Shown here piece by piece: positions 1 to 8,543 of a stretch of 64,000 nt of DNA. This DNA comes from Singulisphaera sp. GP187. Its GTDB lineage: Bacteria; Chloroflexota; Chloroflexia; Chloroflexales; Roseiflexaceae. The first letter of the stretch is position 1, and each line of letters begins with the position of its first letter. The translations under genes and the position numbers were made by a program. A model generated the notes under the pieces. It had not been told where the DNA came from and ran no database searches. It worked only from the letters and a program-made list of their open reading frames with translations. The DNA is taken from assembly GCA_943328915.2 (NCBI GenBank), contig CALQBW020000004.1, forward strand, positions 379 to 64,378, given 5' to 3'.

Positions 1-574
1 AGTAATGAACTTAAATCACGGCTTCACGAAGATTGTATTACTCTCCTTAATATTTGTCAAACAAGAATTTAATACTTTCATAATTTTTATAAATTTATCT
101 TTCTTACGCTGAAAAACACATTTAATGAGTTGCACATAATCACCAAACATACTCAATAATTACTAAATTACCAGATTATATTGCACCAATTTTAATGAAA
201 TTCTTGGAATATTGGAGTAATATACTGAACAATCAGCGGATGCCATAATCCACCATAAACTATGTCCAGAAGCGCTATCCGCATATATCGTTATGTTCAC
301 TTTTATAGATACAATTTTGAGTCAACACTGACATTCGCGTCGCCCCCAACCAACCCGCCACTCACCCGTGTCACACGTAGGTTGGCCACACAAGGAATAG
401 TGGATAAAGAATCAGGACCGCATTCACCAAAACGATGTGACCCACCACAATCACTTGCTGTCGGAATCAGCCACGATTGCAACCCCAAAGAATTATTGCG
501 GAGTGGCTGGAGGCACACCACAGCCCGACGATCACGATACACACCATCTGCCAGTAGTGTTTTTTCGTGAACAC

Positions 575-1126
575 CTATCCCAATAATGCGGCATGCATCA
601 GGTCGTCACGCGGATGATCCGCAATGTTCCGACTATAATATGCCAATCTGAAATGACCCGTACGGTCAACCACAAACGTCCCCGGCATCTGCATCACATC
701 GCCCCCAATTGGTGCACCGCTCCCATACCCTTCAAGGGTAATTTTGACCGCCTCGATGGCAACTTGCGGCGCAAAAAAAGCCCCTATCCCCGCCCGACCC
801 AAGCCAAATTGCTCATAGGCCTGCTGATTTTGATCAATCATACACATGATATTAGGGGCGTATTGTTCCACAATAAACCGCGCCTCGACGGCATCACCCA
901 TGCCAACGGCCATCACGGTAACGTTGGGGGGAATTGTACGTTGGAAGCTGGCTAAACTAGCCAGTGTCTTGCGACAAAACGGTCAGCCAAAATGGCGTAA
1001 AAACGAAATCACTAATCCACCTTGTTGCCACGTCGTGTGCAATTCGTGCGTGACGCCATTGACATCGTTCATCGTCAACCGCGGTGCACTATCACCAACC
1101 TGCCACCGGACCTTTGTTACAGTCAT
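575..1126 (-). CDS. PRX-like2 / AhpC-TSA-type thioredoxin-fold protein with one in-frame TGA at the first redox-Cys position (candidate selenoprotein, motif U-P-F-C)
   Basis: Track ORF 575..916 (..GGDVMQMPGTFVVDRTGHFRLAYYSRNIADHP..) continues upstream in the same frame through TGA at 983..985 to ATG 1126, which has an SD-like GGAAAGGAA upstream. The N-terminus reads MTVTKVRWQVGDSAPRLTMNDVNGVTHELHTTWQQGGLVISFLRHFG[TGA]PFCRKTLASLASFQ. This family normally has G-C-x-x-C-R at that spot. Confidence 0.75.
948..964 (-). promoter_or_regulatory. SECIS-like hairpin 18 nt 3' of the in-frame TGA of the PRX-like gene
   Basis: Minus-strand RNA CUGGCUA-GUU-UAGCCAG forms a perfect 7-bp stem with a GUU apical loop. 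The architecture matches 50115..50131. Confidence 0.5.
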
Positions 1127-1230
1127 CACGTTGTTCCTTTCCAATGAGCGCAAAATCTACGTATGCAAATTTCAACTACTATTTGAAGTACGGATGGATT
1201 GCGTCAAAGGATGTATGATCCAATCCATCG

Positions 1231-1239
1231 TGCTACAAT
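1231..1239 (+). promoter_or_regulatory. Candidate extended -10 promoter element TGCTACAAT for ilvD
   Basis: TGn+TACAAT lies 37 nt upstream of the ilvD ATG. The identical nonamer recurs at 24996 and 47384. No clear -35 hexamer. Confidence 0.35.
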
Positions 1240-1275
1240 ATTCAAAGATCGTGTTCGGGAAAAAGGGAGTAAACA

Positions 1276-2958
1276 ATGAACGATAATCGCCGCAGTCGGA
1301 TCGTCACCGAAGGGGTGCAACGCACCCCCAACCGCGCCATGTTGCGGGCCGTTGGATTCCAAGACGAAGATTTCAGCAAACCCATTGTGGGAATTGCCAA
1401 CGGTTATAGCAATCTCACCCCGTGTAACGACGGTCTCGATGTATTGTCCAAAGCCGTTGCTAGTGCTATCAAAACTGCTGGCGGAATGCCGATGCTCTAT
1501 GGGACGATAACAATTGCCGATGGCATCTCGATGGGTACCGAAGGGATGAAATACTCGTTGGTCTCACGCGAAGTCATCGCCGATGCCATCGAAACCGTCA
1601 CCAACGGACAATCCATGGATGGAGTCGTCACCGTCGGTGGCTGTGACAAAAACATGCCCGGTGCCATGATTGCCATGGCGCGCCTCAATGTCCCTTCGAT
1701 TTTCGTTTACGGTGGTACGATTGAGCCCGGCAATCTCGATGGCGAAGACCTGACTATTGTTAGCGCATTTGAAGCGGTCGGCCAATACAGCGCCGGCAAA
1801 ATCGACGCTGCCCGATTACTCCAAGTAGAAAAAGCTGCCTGCCCTGGACCTGGATCGTGTGGTGGAATGTACACCGCAAACACCATGTCGTCAGCCATTG
1901 AAGCCATGGGTTTGAGTTTGTTCAATTCATCGACGATGTCAGCAATTGCATCAGAAAAAACGGAGAGTGCCTATCAATCAGGTATTGCAGTGGTCAACGC
2001 TATTCGCAAGCAAATTTTACCTGCCCAGATTTTGACGCGCAACGCATTTGAAAACGCCATTGCTGTCATTATGGCTACCGGCGGGTCAACTAACGCCGTG
2101 TTGCATTTGCTCGCCATCGCCCATGCCGCCAATGTCCCACTCAATATCGATGATTTTGAGCGGATGCGTGCCCGTGTACCCGTGATATGTGACCTCAAGC
2201 CATCGGGGCGGTATGTCGCAACCGATTTGCATAAAGTGGGCGGTACGCCGCAAGTCATGAAGATTTTGTTGGCGCATGGGTTGTTGCATGGCGATGCTAT
2301 GACTATCACCGGCGAAACCGTTGCCGAATCACTCAAATCTATCCCCAATACTCCGGCAACAACCCAGACCGTGATTCGCCAATGGGACAATCCCATGTAC
2401 GAACAAGGCCACTTAGCAATTTTGCGGGGGAATTTGGCCGAAGAAGGGTGTGTCGCCAAGATTTCAGGTGTCAAACAACCGGTTATCACCGGCCCCGCCC
2501 GGGTGTTTGAGTCCGAAGAAGAATGCCTCGAGGTAATCCTCGCCAACAAAATTAACCACGGCGATGTGCTCGTCATCCGCTACGAAGGTCCTAAAGGTGG
2601 TCCTGGTATGCGTGAAATGTTGGCCCCGACCTCAGCCATTATCGGTGCTGGGTTGGGTGATTCGGTGGCATTGATTACTGACGGACGCTTTTCGGGTGGG
2701 ACATACGGTATGTGTGTGGGTCATATTGCCCCCGAAGCCGCCACTGGCGGCACAATTGCGTTAGTAAACGAAGGTGATTCAATAACCATTGATGCATTCA
2801 AACGCTTAATCCAACTCAATATCAGTGATGCTGAACTCGCAGCACGTCGCGCTGCTTGGCAACCCCGCCCTGCCCGCTACCGTCGTGGTGTGCTCGCCAA
2901 ATACGCTAAATTGGTATCAAGTGCAAGCCTTGGTGCCGTTACAGATCTCGATCTGTAA
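1276..2958 (+). CDS. ilvD: Dihydroxy-acid dehydratase
   Basis: 560-aa ORF starting [28 protein letters not shown], with ..GGCDKNMPG.. and ..[15 protein letters not shown].. An SD AAGGGAG precedes the ATG. Full-length IlvD/Edd family architecture. Confidence 0.97.
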   Translation: MNDNRRSRIVTEGVQRTPNRAMLRAVGFQDEDFSKPIVGIANGYSNLTPCNDGLDVLSKAVASAIKTAGGMPMLYGTITIADGISMGTEGMKYSLVSREVIADAIETVTNGQSMDGVVTVGGCDKNMPGAMIAMARLNVPSIFVYGGTIEPGNLDGEDLTIVSAFEAVGQYSAGKIDAARLLQVEKAACPGPGSCGGMYTANTMSSAIEAMGLSLFNSSTMSAIASEKTESAYQSGIAVVNAIRKQILPAQILTRNAFENAIAVIMATGGSTNAVLHLLAIAHAANVPLNIDDFERMRARVPVICDLKPSGRYVATDLHKVGGTPQVMKILLAHGLLHGDAMTITGETVAESLKSIPNTPATTQTVIRQWDNPMYEQGHLAILRGNLAEEGCVAKISGVKQPVITGPARVFESEEECLEVILANKINHGDVLVIRYEGPKGGPGMREMLAPTSAIIGAGLGDSVALITDGRFSGGTYGMCVGHIAPEAATGGTIALVNEGDSITIDAFKRLIQLNISDAELAARRAAWQPRPARYRRGVLAKYAKLVSSASLGAVTDLDL

Positions 2959-2967
2959 AATTCGCCA

Positions 2968-2995
2968 CCCCTCGGTGAATTTAATCTCCGAGGGG
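2968..2995 (+). terminator. Hairpin after ilvD (weak terminator candidate)
   Basis: CCCCTCGG-N12-CCGAGGGG lies 10 nt after the ilvD stop. No convincing U-tract follows. Confidence 0.35.
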
Positions 2996-3036
2996 AGCTC
3001 CACAATTATTTACTGTGTATTCGTGCTAGAAAACTA

Positions 3037-3888
3037 ATGAAGACATATATCCAGGCAAGCGGGCTGGTGCGAATTTTCCGCAGCAGTTCAATTGAAACAT
3101 TTGCCTTGCAAGGACTTGACCTCAGCGTCACCAAAGGTGAAATGGTAGCGCTGGTTGGTCCTTCCGGTGCAGGGAAATCAACATTCCTCAATATGCTGGC
3201 AGCCCTTGACCGGCCTGATGCCGGAAATCTGCGCGTTGGCGACATCGATTTGGTAGCAGCCAGCGAACTAGTGCGCGCCCACTACCGTCGGTCGCTCGTT
3301 GGGTTTCTCTGGCAACAAACCACTCGAAATCTGATTGCAGGCTTAACTGTCCGCGAAAATATCGCACTGCCTGCGTTATTGGCTGGACACTCTTCGGTCA
3401 TTGCAGGCGATACAGCAGATGAATTATTAGCGGCAGTTGAAATGACACCATTTGCCGACAGCGACCCCTTGCGTTTGTCAGGGGGGCAACAACAGCGGGT
3501 CGCCTTGGCGACCGCATTGGCCTGTCGACCAACACTTCTGCTTGCCGACGAACCTACCGGTGAAGTCGATTGGAACACTGCCCAACGTATTTTGGAATTA
3601 TTCAACACGTTGCGCCAACAATATGCCATTACCATTGTGCTGGTGACGCACGACCCGCGCGTTGCAGAACGCGCCGACCGGACAATATCTATCCGCGATG
3701 GACGAACCAGCAGTGAAATTGGCCAAGATGATATCGAAACCGTCGTCGTAGATAGCGTCGGTCGCTTACAAATCCCGCTCGAAATTCGCCAACGACTCGG
3801 TATTGGGACACGTGCCACCGTCGAAATTGTCAATGGGGTCATCCAAATAAAACCTGTCCCTCTTACAAAGACTGCACCTAACATATGA
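3037..3888 (+). CDS. ABC transporter ATP-binding protein (MacB/LolD-like) with C-terminal SpoVT/AbrB-like tail
   Basis: Walker A GPSGAGKST, signature LSGGQQQRV and Walker [13 protein letters not shown]. The extra C-terminal segment GRLQIPLEIRQRLGIGTRATVEIVNGVIQIKP fits the AbrB/MazE swapped-hairpin pattern. Confidence 0.88.
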   Translation: MKTYIQASGLVRIFRSSSIETFALQGLDLSVTKGEMVALVGPSGAGKSTFLNMLAALDRPDAGNLRVGDIDLVAASELVRAHYRRSLVGFLWQQTTRNLIAGLTVRENIALPALLAGHSSVIAGDTADELLAAVEMTPFADSDPLRLSGGQQQRVALATALACRPTLLLADEPTGEVDWNTAQRILELFNTLRQQYAITIVLVTHDPRVAERADRTISIRDGRTSSEIGQDDIETVVVDSVGRLQIPLEIRQRLGIGTRATVEIVNGVIQIKPVPLTKTAPNI

Positions 3889-4610
3889 CAAAAATAAAAT
3901 TAATAAATATCACCCGCATGTTTGGCGACGGTGATTCCACTGTACATGCATTAAATGACATCTCGGTTGAATTCCAGCCTGGGAGTCTTACTGCACTTAT
4001 GGGACCAAGTGGCAGTGGAAAAACAACGATGCTCAATATGATTGGTGCTCTTGACCGGCCAAACAATGGCACGATTTTGATCGACACTACTGAAATTTGT
4101 GCCTTGAACGATATAGAACGTGCGTATTTTCGCCGTGGAATTGGCTTCATTTTTCAACGCTTTGCGTTAATTCCTACCGCATCTGCCTACGAAAACATCG
4201 AATTTGCCTTGCGGATTTCCGACGTGCCCCGCCCACTCTGGCCAGAACGGATCATGCATACATTGTCCCTACTTGATATGGCAGACCATGCCCATCATCG
4301 TCCAAACGAATTGTCTGGTGGACAACAGCAACGCGTCGCCATTGCCCGCGCCCTTGCCCCACGTCCACAACTTCTGCTGGCCGATGAACCTACTGCCAAT
4401 CTTGATGCACAGCGCGGATCTGCAGTACTGGCGTTATTTACTGAATTATGTCAATCAGGTATCACAATTGTCATGTCAACCCACGATCTCGCCGCTGAAC
4501 ATTTTGCAAGCCATATTTGTCTACTGCGTAGTGGCCAAATTGAATCCTATGAAGCACGTGCTACAACTTCCGCAATACAAATACCACAGATAACAACCGA
4601 ACCACAATAG
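3885..4610 (+). CDS. ABC transporter ATP-binding protein (second ATPase of a tandem pair)
   Basis: Walker [25 protein letters not shown] and [12 protein letters not shown]. The ATG overlaps the upstream stop (ATGA at 3885..3888). Confidence 0.9.
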   Translation: MTKIKLINITRMFGDGDSTVHALNDISVEFQPGSLTALMGPSGSGKTTMLNMIGALDRPNNGTILIDTTEICALNDIERAYFRRGIGFIFQRFALIPTASAYENIEFALRISDVPRPLWPERIMHTLSLLDMADHAHHRPNELSGGQQQRVAIARALAPRPQLLLADEPTANLDAQRGSAVLALFTELCQSGITIVMSTHDLAAEHFASHICLLRSGQIESYEARATTSAIQIPQITTEPQ

Positions 4611-5820
4611 AACTCACAAACAATACCGAATACTGATTAAATGTAATCCCTAACACTAAATATTCATGATTCTTGAGCAACTCAGCAACGCCACCACCTA
4701 ACAATCCTGACACGACAACGCCAATTCCTGACACCGCGCCATATGCTGCCAGGTACGCACCTTTGCCAGTACTCGGTGCTCTCGACATAGAAATATTGGC
4801 AAATCCTTGTTGAATCCCTGGCCAAAAAATTCCGGCAAACAACGATGTACCAAATAATGGCCATAACCAACCAGGGGACGACAAAAACCAGCCTATTGGC
4901 AACGGCACCACACAGGCAGCGCTCACCAGTAATACAATTTTGTCGCCATATTTATCTTGCAGCCGCCCCACAAATGGATAACAAACCATTGAAGCAATGC
5001 TCGTAACAATCCCCATGTAGGCGAGATCAGCAAAATTCATATGGAGTGTATCGATGCCATACGCAGTAAAAAATGGACCGGCAAGCCCCACCGCAAATGC
5101 CCAGATCGTTGCCGAAACAATCAACGGCCGATAATTAATATCGGTCAAAGGTGCCACAAACATCGTACGTAGAGCTGGGTGTGGGCGTGGCTGCATTGGT
5201 GGCTCAGCTTGTTTGCGCAACAACACAACCCCAATAGCCGCTACTACTAATCCAAAGCCCAATGTCGCAGCATATGCGAAGCCCTCATTGGCATTCGTTT
5301 TGTAGTAATCCAATGCATATCCCGATCCCAAGCCAGCTACCATGGCGGCAAAACTAGCAACCGTGTTGCGCACCCCAAAGTACCGTCCACGGCGATGTGC
5401 CGGCACCAAATCAGTCATCCAGCTCGTCCACGTATTGACTGCTATTCCATATAATGCTGCTGAAATAATTTGCAACACAACAAATAACGGTAATGAAATT
5501 GATTGGGATAATTGCCAGAGTGGGAGTAATGCAATCGGTATCCACACCGCTCGGCTGAGCCCTTCGCTCCATACCGACAACATACGTCGCTCACCTTTGC
5601 GTTCTTCGAGATATGCACCAAGCAATTGGAATAACTGGCTAATAAACGGCAACGCCCCTAAAATACCGAGCACCAATGGACCAGCACCTAAATACAACGC
5701 AAGACCCGTGACCAGACCGTTGGCAGTTATACTGACAAACACGTTCGCCAATGCACCTTCAACAATCGAAAGTCGTAAGGCTGATTCACGGACGGCCGGG
5801 GTTAATTCGCTCGATTGCAT
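4561..5820 (-). CDS. MFS transporter
   Basis: 419 aa, about 12 hydrophobic segments and no soluble domain. Family-level call only. Confidence 0.82.
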   Translation of the reverse strand: MQSSELTPAVRESALRLSIVEGALANVFVSITANGLVTGLALYLGAGPLVLGILGALPFISQLFQLLGAYLEERKGERRMLSVWSEGLSRAVWIPIALLPLWQLSQSISLPLFVVLQIISAALYGIAVNTWTSWMTDLVPAHRRGRYFGVRNTVASFAAMVAGLGSGYALDYYKTNANEGFAYAATLGFGLVVAAIGVVLLRKQAEPPMQPRPHPALRTMFVAPLTDINYRPLIVSATIWAFAVGLAGPFFTAYGIDTLHMNFADLAYMGIVTSIASMVCYPFVGRLQDKYGDKIVLLVSAACVVPLPIGWFLSSPGWLWPLFGTSLFAGIFWPGIQQGFANISMSRAPSTGKGAYLAAYGAVSGIGVVVSGLLGGGVAELLKNHEYLVLGITFNQYSVLFVSSIVVRLLSVVFVLRKL

Positions 5821-5914
5821 AATTACCTGTGATATGAAATAAATCCTATTTCATCATACCAAATTGCGCTTATCTTTTAATTGAATTAACGGTGGTTAAC
5901 GCGTACCATTTCGC

Positions 5915-5947
5915 AAAAAACACGCATCGAGTAAATCTCAACGCGTG
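5915..5947 (-). terminator. Intrinsic terminator downstream of the DnaJ-like gene
   Basis: Minus-strand RNA CACGCGUUGAG-AUUUA-CUCGAUGCGUG forms 11 bp (2 G.U) and is followed by UUUUUU. Confidence 0.6.
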
Positions 5948-5977
5948 CGCGAGCAATCCTGCAATGAGCACAACATA

Positions 5978-6865
5978 CTAAGATTTTTGGAGTTGGATAA
6001 ACAAATCACGTGCAGCGTCGGTCAATTGCGTCGGCAAAACGACATCAAGTTGCAAATACAAATCGCCACGCTGGGTCGGATTAATTCGTAACGGCATTCC
6101 TTGATTTGGGATGCGATGTGTGGTTCCGTTTTGGGACAGAGGTGGAACCTTAAGTGTGAGCGATTTGCCACCCATCACTGGGATTCGAATTTCGCCACCG
6201 AGAATCATATCGTACAAATCTACGGGAACTTTCGCATACAAATCATGGTTGCGACGTTCGAGGCGTTGATGTTGCGCCATATTGACTACCACAACTAAAT
6301 CACCGCGTCGCCCACCACCATACCCAGGGGCACCTTCGTTGGCGAGCCGGATTTTGCCACCATGCTCGATACCTGGGGGGATTTTTACCGTAATTGTTCG
6401 CGTTTGCCCATTCGCAGTATGGAATTGAAATCGTCGATCGGTTCCCATAAAGGCTTCTTCGAGGGTGATTTCGACTTTTTGTTCAACATCTTGGCCGGCA
6501 GCAGCAGTACGGCCTCGGGGGTCGACGCCACCAAAAATTGATTCAAAAATATCACTGAAATCAACACTCCCTGGCCCACCTGGACCACCAGTACCTCCAT
6601 ACGTAGCACCTGTGTTGCTTCCCGCTCCTTGGTATGGGGATTGGCCGCCGCTCGTCCCAAATCGATCGTATTGTGCACGTTTCGTCTTGTCCGACAATAC
6701 GGTGTGCGCTTCGTTTATTTCTTTAAACCGTGTTTCGGCCTGAGGGTTATTGGGGTTCACATCAGGGTGATATTTGCGGGCTAACGCACGATATGCTTTG
6801 CGAATTTCGTCGTCACTTGCATCTCGAGGTACCCCTAATACTTCATAATAATTACGTTGTGCCAT
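5978..6865 (-). CDS. DnaJ-class co-chaperone, type II (CbpA-like, no zinc finger)
   Basis: J domain YYEVLGV..KYHPDVNP (HPD motif), a Gly-rich linker and DnaJ C-terminal substrate-binding domains. No CxxCxGxG repeats. Confidence 0.9.
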   Translation of the reverse strand: MAQRNYYEVLGVPRDASDDEIRKAYRALARKYHPDVNPNNPQAETRFKEINEAHTVLSDKTKRAQYDRFGTSGGQSPYQGAGSNTGATYGGTGGPGGPGSVDFSDIFESIFGGVDPRGRTAAAGQDVEQKVEITLEEAFMGTDRRFQFHTANGQTRTITVKIPPGIEHGGKIRLANEGAPGYGGGRRGDLVVVVNMAQHQRLERRNHDLYAKVPVDLYDMILGGEIRIPVMGGKSLTLKVPPLSQNGTTHRIPNQGMPLRINPTQRGDLYLQLDVVLPTQLTDAARDLFIQLQKS

Positions 6866-7374
6866 GCCCTAAGCCTCACTATTCCCGTAGATGTAGTAGT
6901 AATTTTTACGATATGATTTGCAAAAAATCCCACTCTATGAACAGAACCAAAACGTTCGTGTCGCAATTCAAACTATTTTGGTAAAGATTCTCTTCCTAGT
7001 CACACAAACACATTCTTGCTATCCTATTAAGCCTAGTCATACTAAACCAGTACGTCAAGCAATTTTCTATTAGAATTGCATATATATTAATACAGCTTAG
7101 CCGCGGAAGCCAATCCAGACCACAACATTGTCCACTAGACCACCAACGAAATTTACACTTGCGTGTCAATAGTTTTTGGCTTTTATATTCTTAACACGCG
7201 TGCGACAGGGCTATCACGATGGGACAACGGTATCTTCAAATGTTCACGATACGGGTTGCAAATATATGTATTCCCGTTTCAAAGTTACTGAATCTTTCGT
7301 GTGCTTCAGCTTAGAATAGAGCATTGGCAAAGATTATTTATTTGAATAACGACAATTCACCTAAACGGTGGTAG

Positions 7375-7383
7375 TGTTATACT
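7375..7383 (+). promoter_or_regulatory. Candidate extended -10 element TGTTATACT upstream of the PIG-L gene
   Basis: TGnTATACT lies 88 nt upstream of ATG 7472, with TTCACC 16 nt further upstream (7356..7361). Confidence 0.3.
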
Positions 7384-7471
7384 CTACGATAAATACCGTT
7401 AGGGAAATGTACATTATGGAGAAATGTGCATGCGAAGTACGAAATTAAATACCGCATAGAAAAGGACTCTT

Positions 7472-8296
7472 ATGCTAAATCAATTACGCATTTTAATTAT
7501 CGGAGCGCATCCAGACGACTGTGAATTTACTGCAGCTGGAACTGCCGCATTATGGGCAAAACGCGGTGACAGGGTCTGTTTTGTGTCAGTCAGTAATGGC
7601 GATGCAGGTCATCACGAATTAGGCGGTGCACGCCTCGCCCAACGGCGGCATGGAGAAGCGCTCGCGGCTGCTGCCATCATCGGCATTGATTATGTCATCT
7701 TAGATAATCACGATGGCGAAATCCTGCCAACATTATCGATTCGTTATCAACTCATCGATTTAATCCGCACCTACAAACCAGACCTGATTTTGTCGCCACG
7801 CCCCAACGATTACCACCCCGACCACCGTTACACCGCACAACTTATCCAAGATGCAGCCTATATGGTCACCGTCCCAAATGTACGTGCTGGCGTGCCCAAT
7901 TTAATGTACAACCCTGTGATTGCCTATGTCAGCGACACATTCCAAAAACCATATCCATTTGCCCCAGATGTCGTCGTCGCCATCGATGCCACCGTCGAAG
8001 CCAAAGTCGATATGCTTGATTGCCATGTGTCGCAGGTATACGAATGGCTGCCGTGGAATGGAGGCTACCTCAACGATGTCCCCGCAGAGGCAAGTGCCCG
8101 CCGGGAATGGTTACGTAATCGACTAGAGCAACGCTTACAACGTGATGCACAAACATTTCGCAACAAATTAATAGCTACTTACGGTGACGTTCATGGCGCT
8201 ACGATCAAATATGCCGAAGCATTCGAAGGGTGTGAATACGGCTCGCCACTTGATGCTGATGCCATTTCCCGATTGTTCCCGTTTGTCGGTAAGTGA
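7472..8296 (+). CDS. PIG-L / LmbE family N-acetylglucosaminyl deacetylase
   Basis: ILIIGAHPDDCEFTAAGT.., ..NGDAGH.. and ..YHPDHRYT.. motifs typical of the LmbE fold. Confidence 0.85.
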   Translation: MLNQLRILIIGAHPDDCEFTAAGTAALWAKRGDRVCFVSVSNGDAGHHELGGARLAQRRHGEALAAAAIIGIDYVILDNHDGEILPTLSIRYQLIDLIRTYKPDLILSPRPNDYHPDHRYTAQLIQDAAYMVTVPNVRAGVPNLMYNPVIAYVSDTFQKPYPFAPDVVVAIDATVEAKVDMLDCHVSQVYEWLPWNGGYLNDVPAEASARREWLRNRLEQRLQRDAQTFRNKLIATYGDVHGATIKYAEAFEGCEYGSPLDADAISRLFPFVGK

Positions 8297-8543
8297 TTCT
8301 GGATACACTTTCCATTACGTTTGGCAAACCGTGATGGTACGATCACAGGGGTGAATGCGATATACAAATACTTGCAATATGCACTGTTAATTGAGCACAA
8401 TTTGCAACTATTGGTTTCTGAAAAAACACACTGTTTGCGATAGTTTTAATAATCAACATTTGCAGATCGGATCAAGGCGAATTTGTAATTATTGGGATGA
8501 TTAAAATTTTTTTGATTCCAAATTTCAACGCAATTACCAAGGA

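Noticed and set aside
262-570. Plus-strand 102-aa ORF from the track (MSRSAIRIYRYVHFYRY..PPTNPPLTRVTRR..).
   Set aside because: It is a low-complexity Pro/Arg/Ser-rich translation with no recognisable domain and no SD. The opposite strand has the more gene-like third-position composition. Treated as a shadow ORF.
983-985. Alternative genetic code (TGA read as Trp or Gly) as the explanation for the in-frame TGAs.
   Set aside because: TGA terminates many well-delimited genes in this window, often in ATGA overlaps (3886..3888, 42367..42369, 44200..44202, 45329..45331, 46387..46389). All three in-frame TGAs align with redox Cys positions, which points to Sec rather than Trp or Gly.
846-1286. Plus-strand 146-aa ORF spanning the PRX-like N-terminus and the ilvD promoter region.
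   Set aside because: It lies antisense to a well-supported thioredoxin-fold reading frame and runs through the divergent promoter spacer. It has no domain signal.
4561-4610. 50-bp convergent overlap between the 3' ends of the second ABC ATPase and the MFS gene.
   Set aside because: Both C-terminal tails lie beyond the conserved domains and carry no motif. This is probably just tail-to-tail overlap or slight over-extension of one ORF, not a functional antisense arrangement. I cannot resolve it from sequence alone.
6866-7471. Heat-shock operators (CIRCE TTAGCACTC-N9-GAGTGCTAA, HAIR) upstream of the DnaJ-like gene, or a structured housekeeping RNA in the long spacer.
   Set aside because: No match to either inverted repeat, and no RNase P, SRP, tmRNA or tRNA hallmark sequences by eye.
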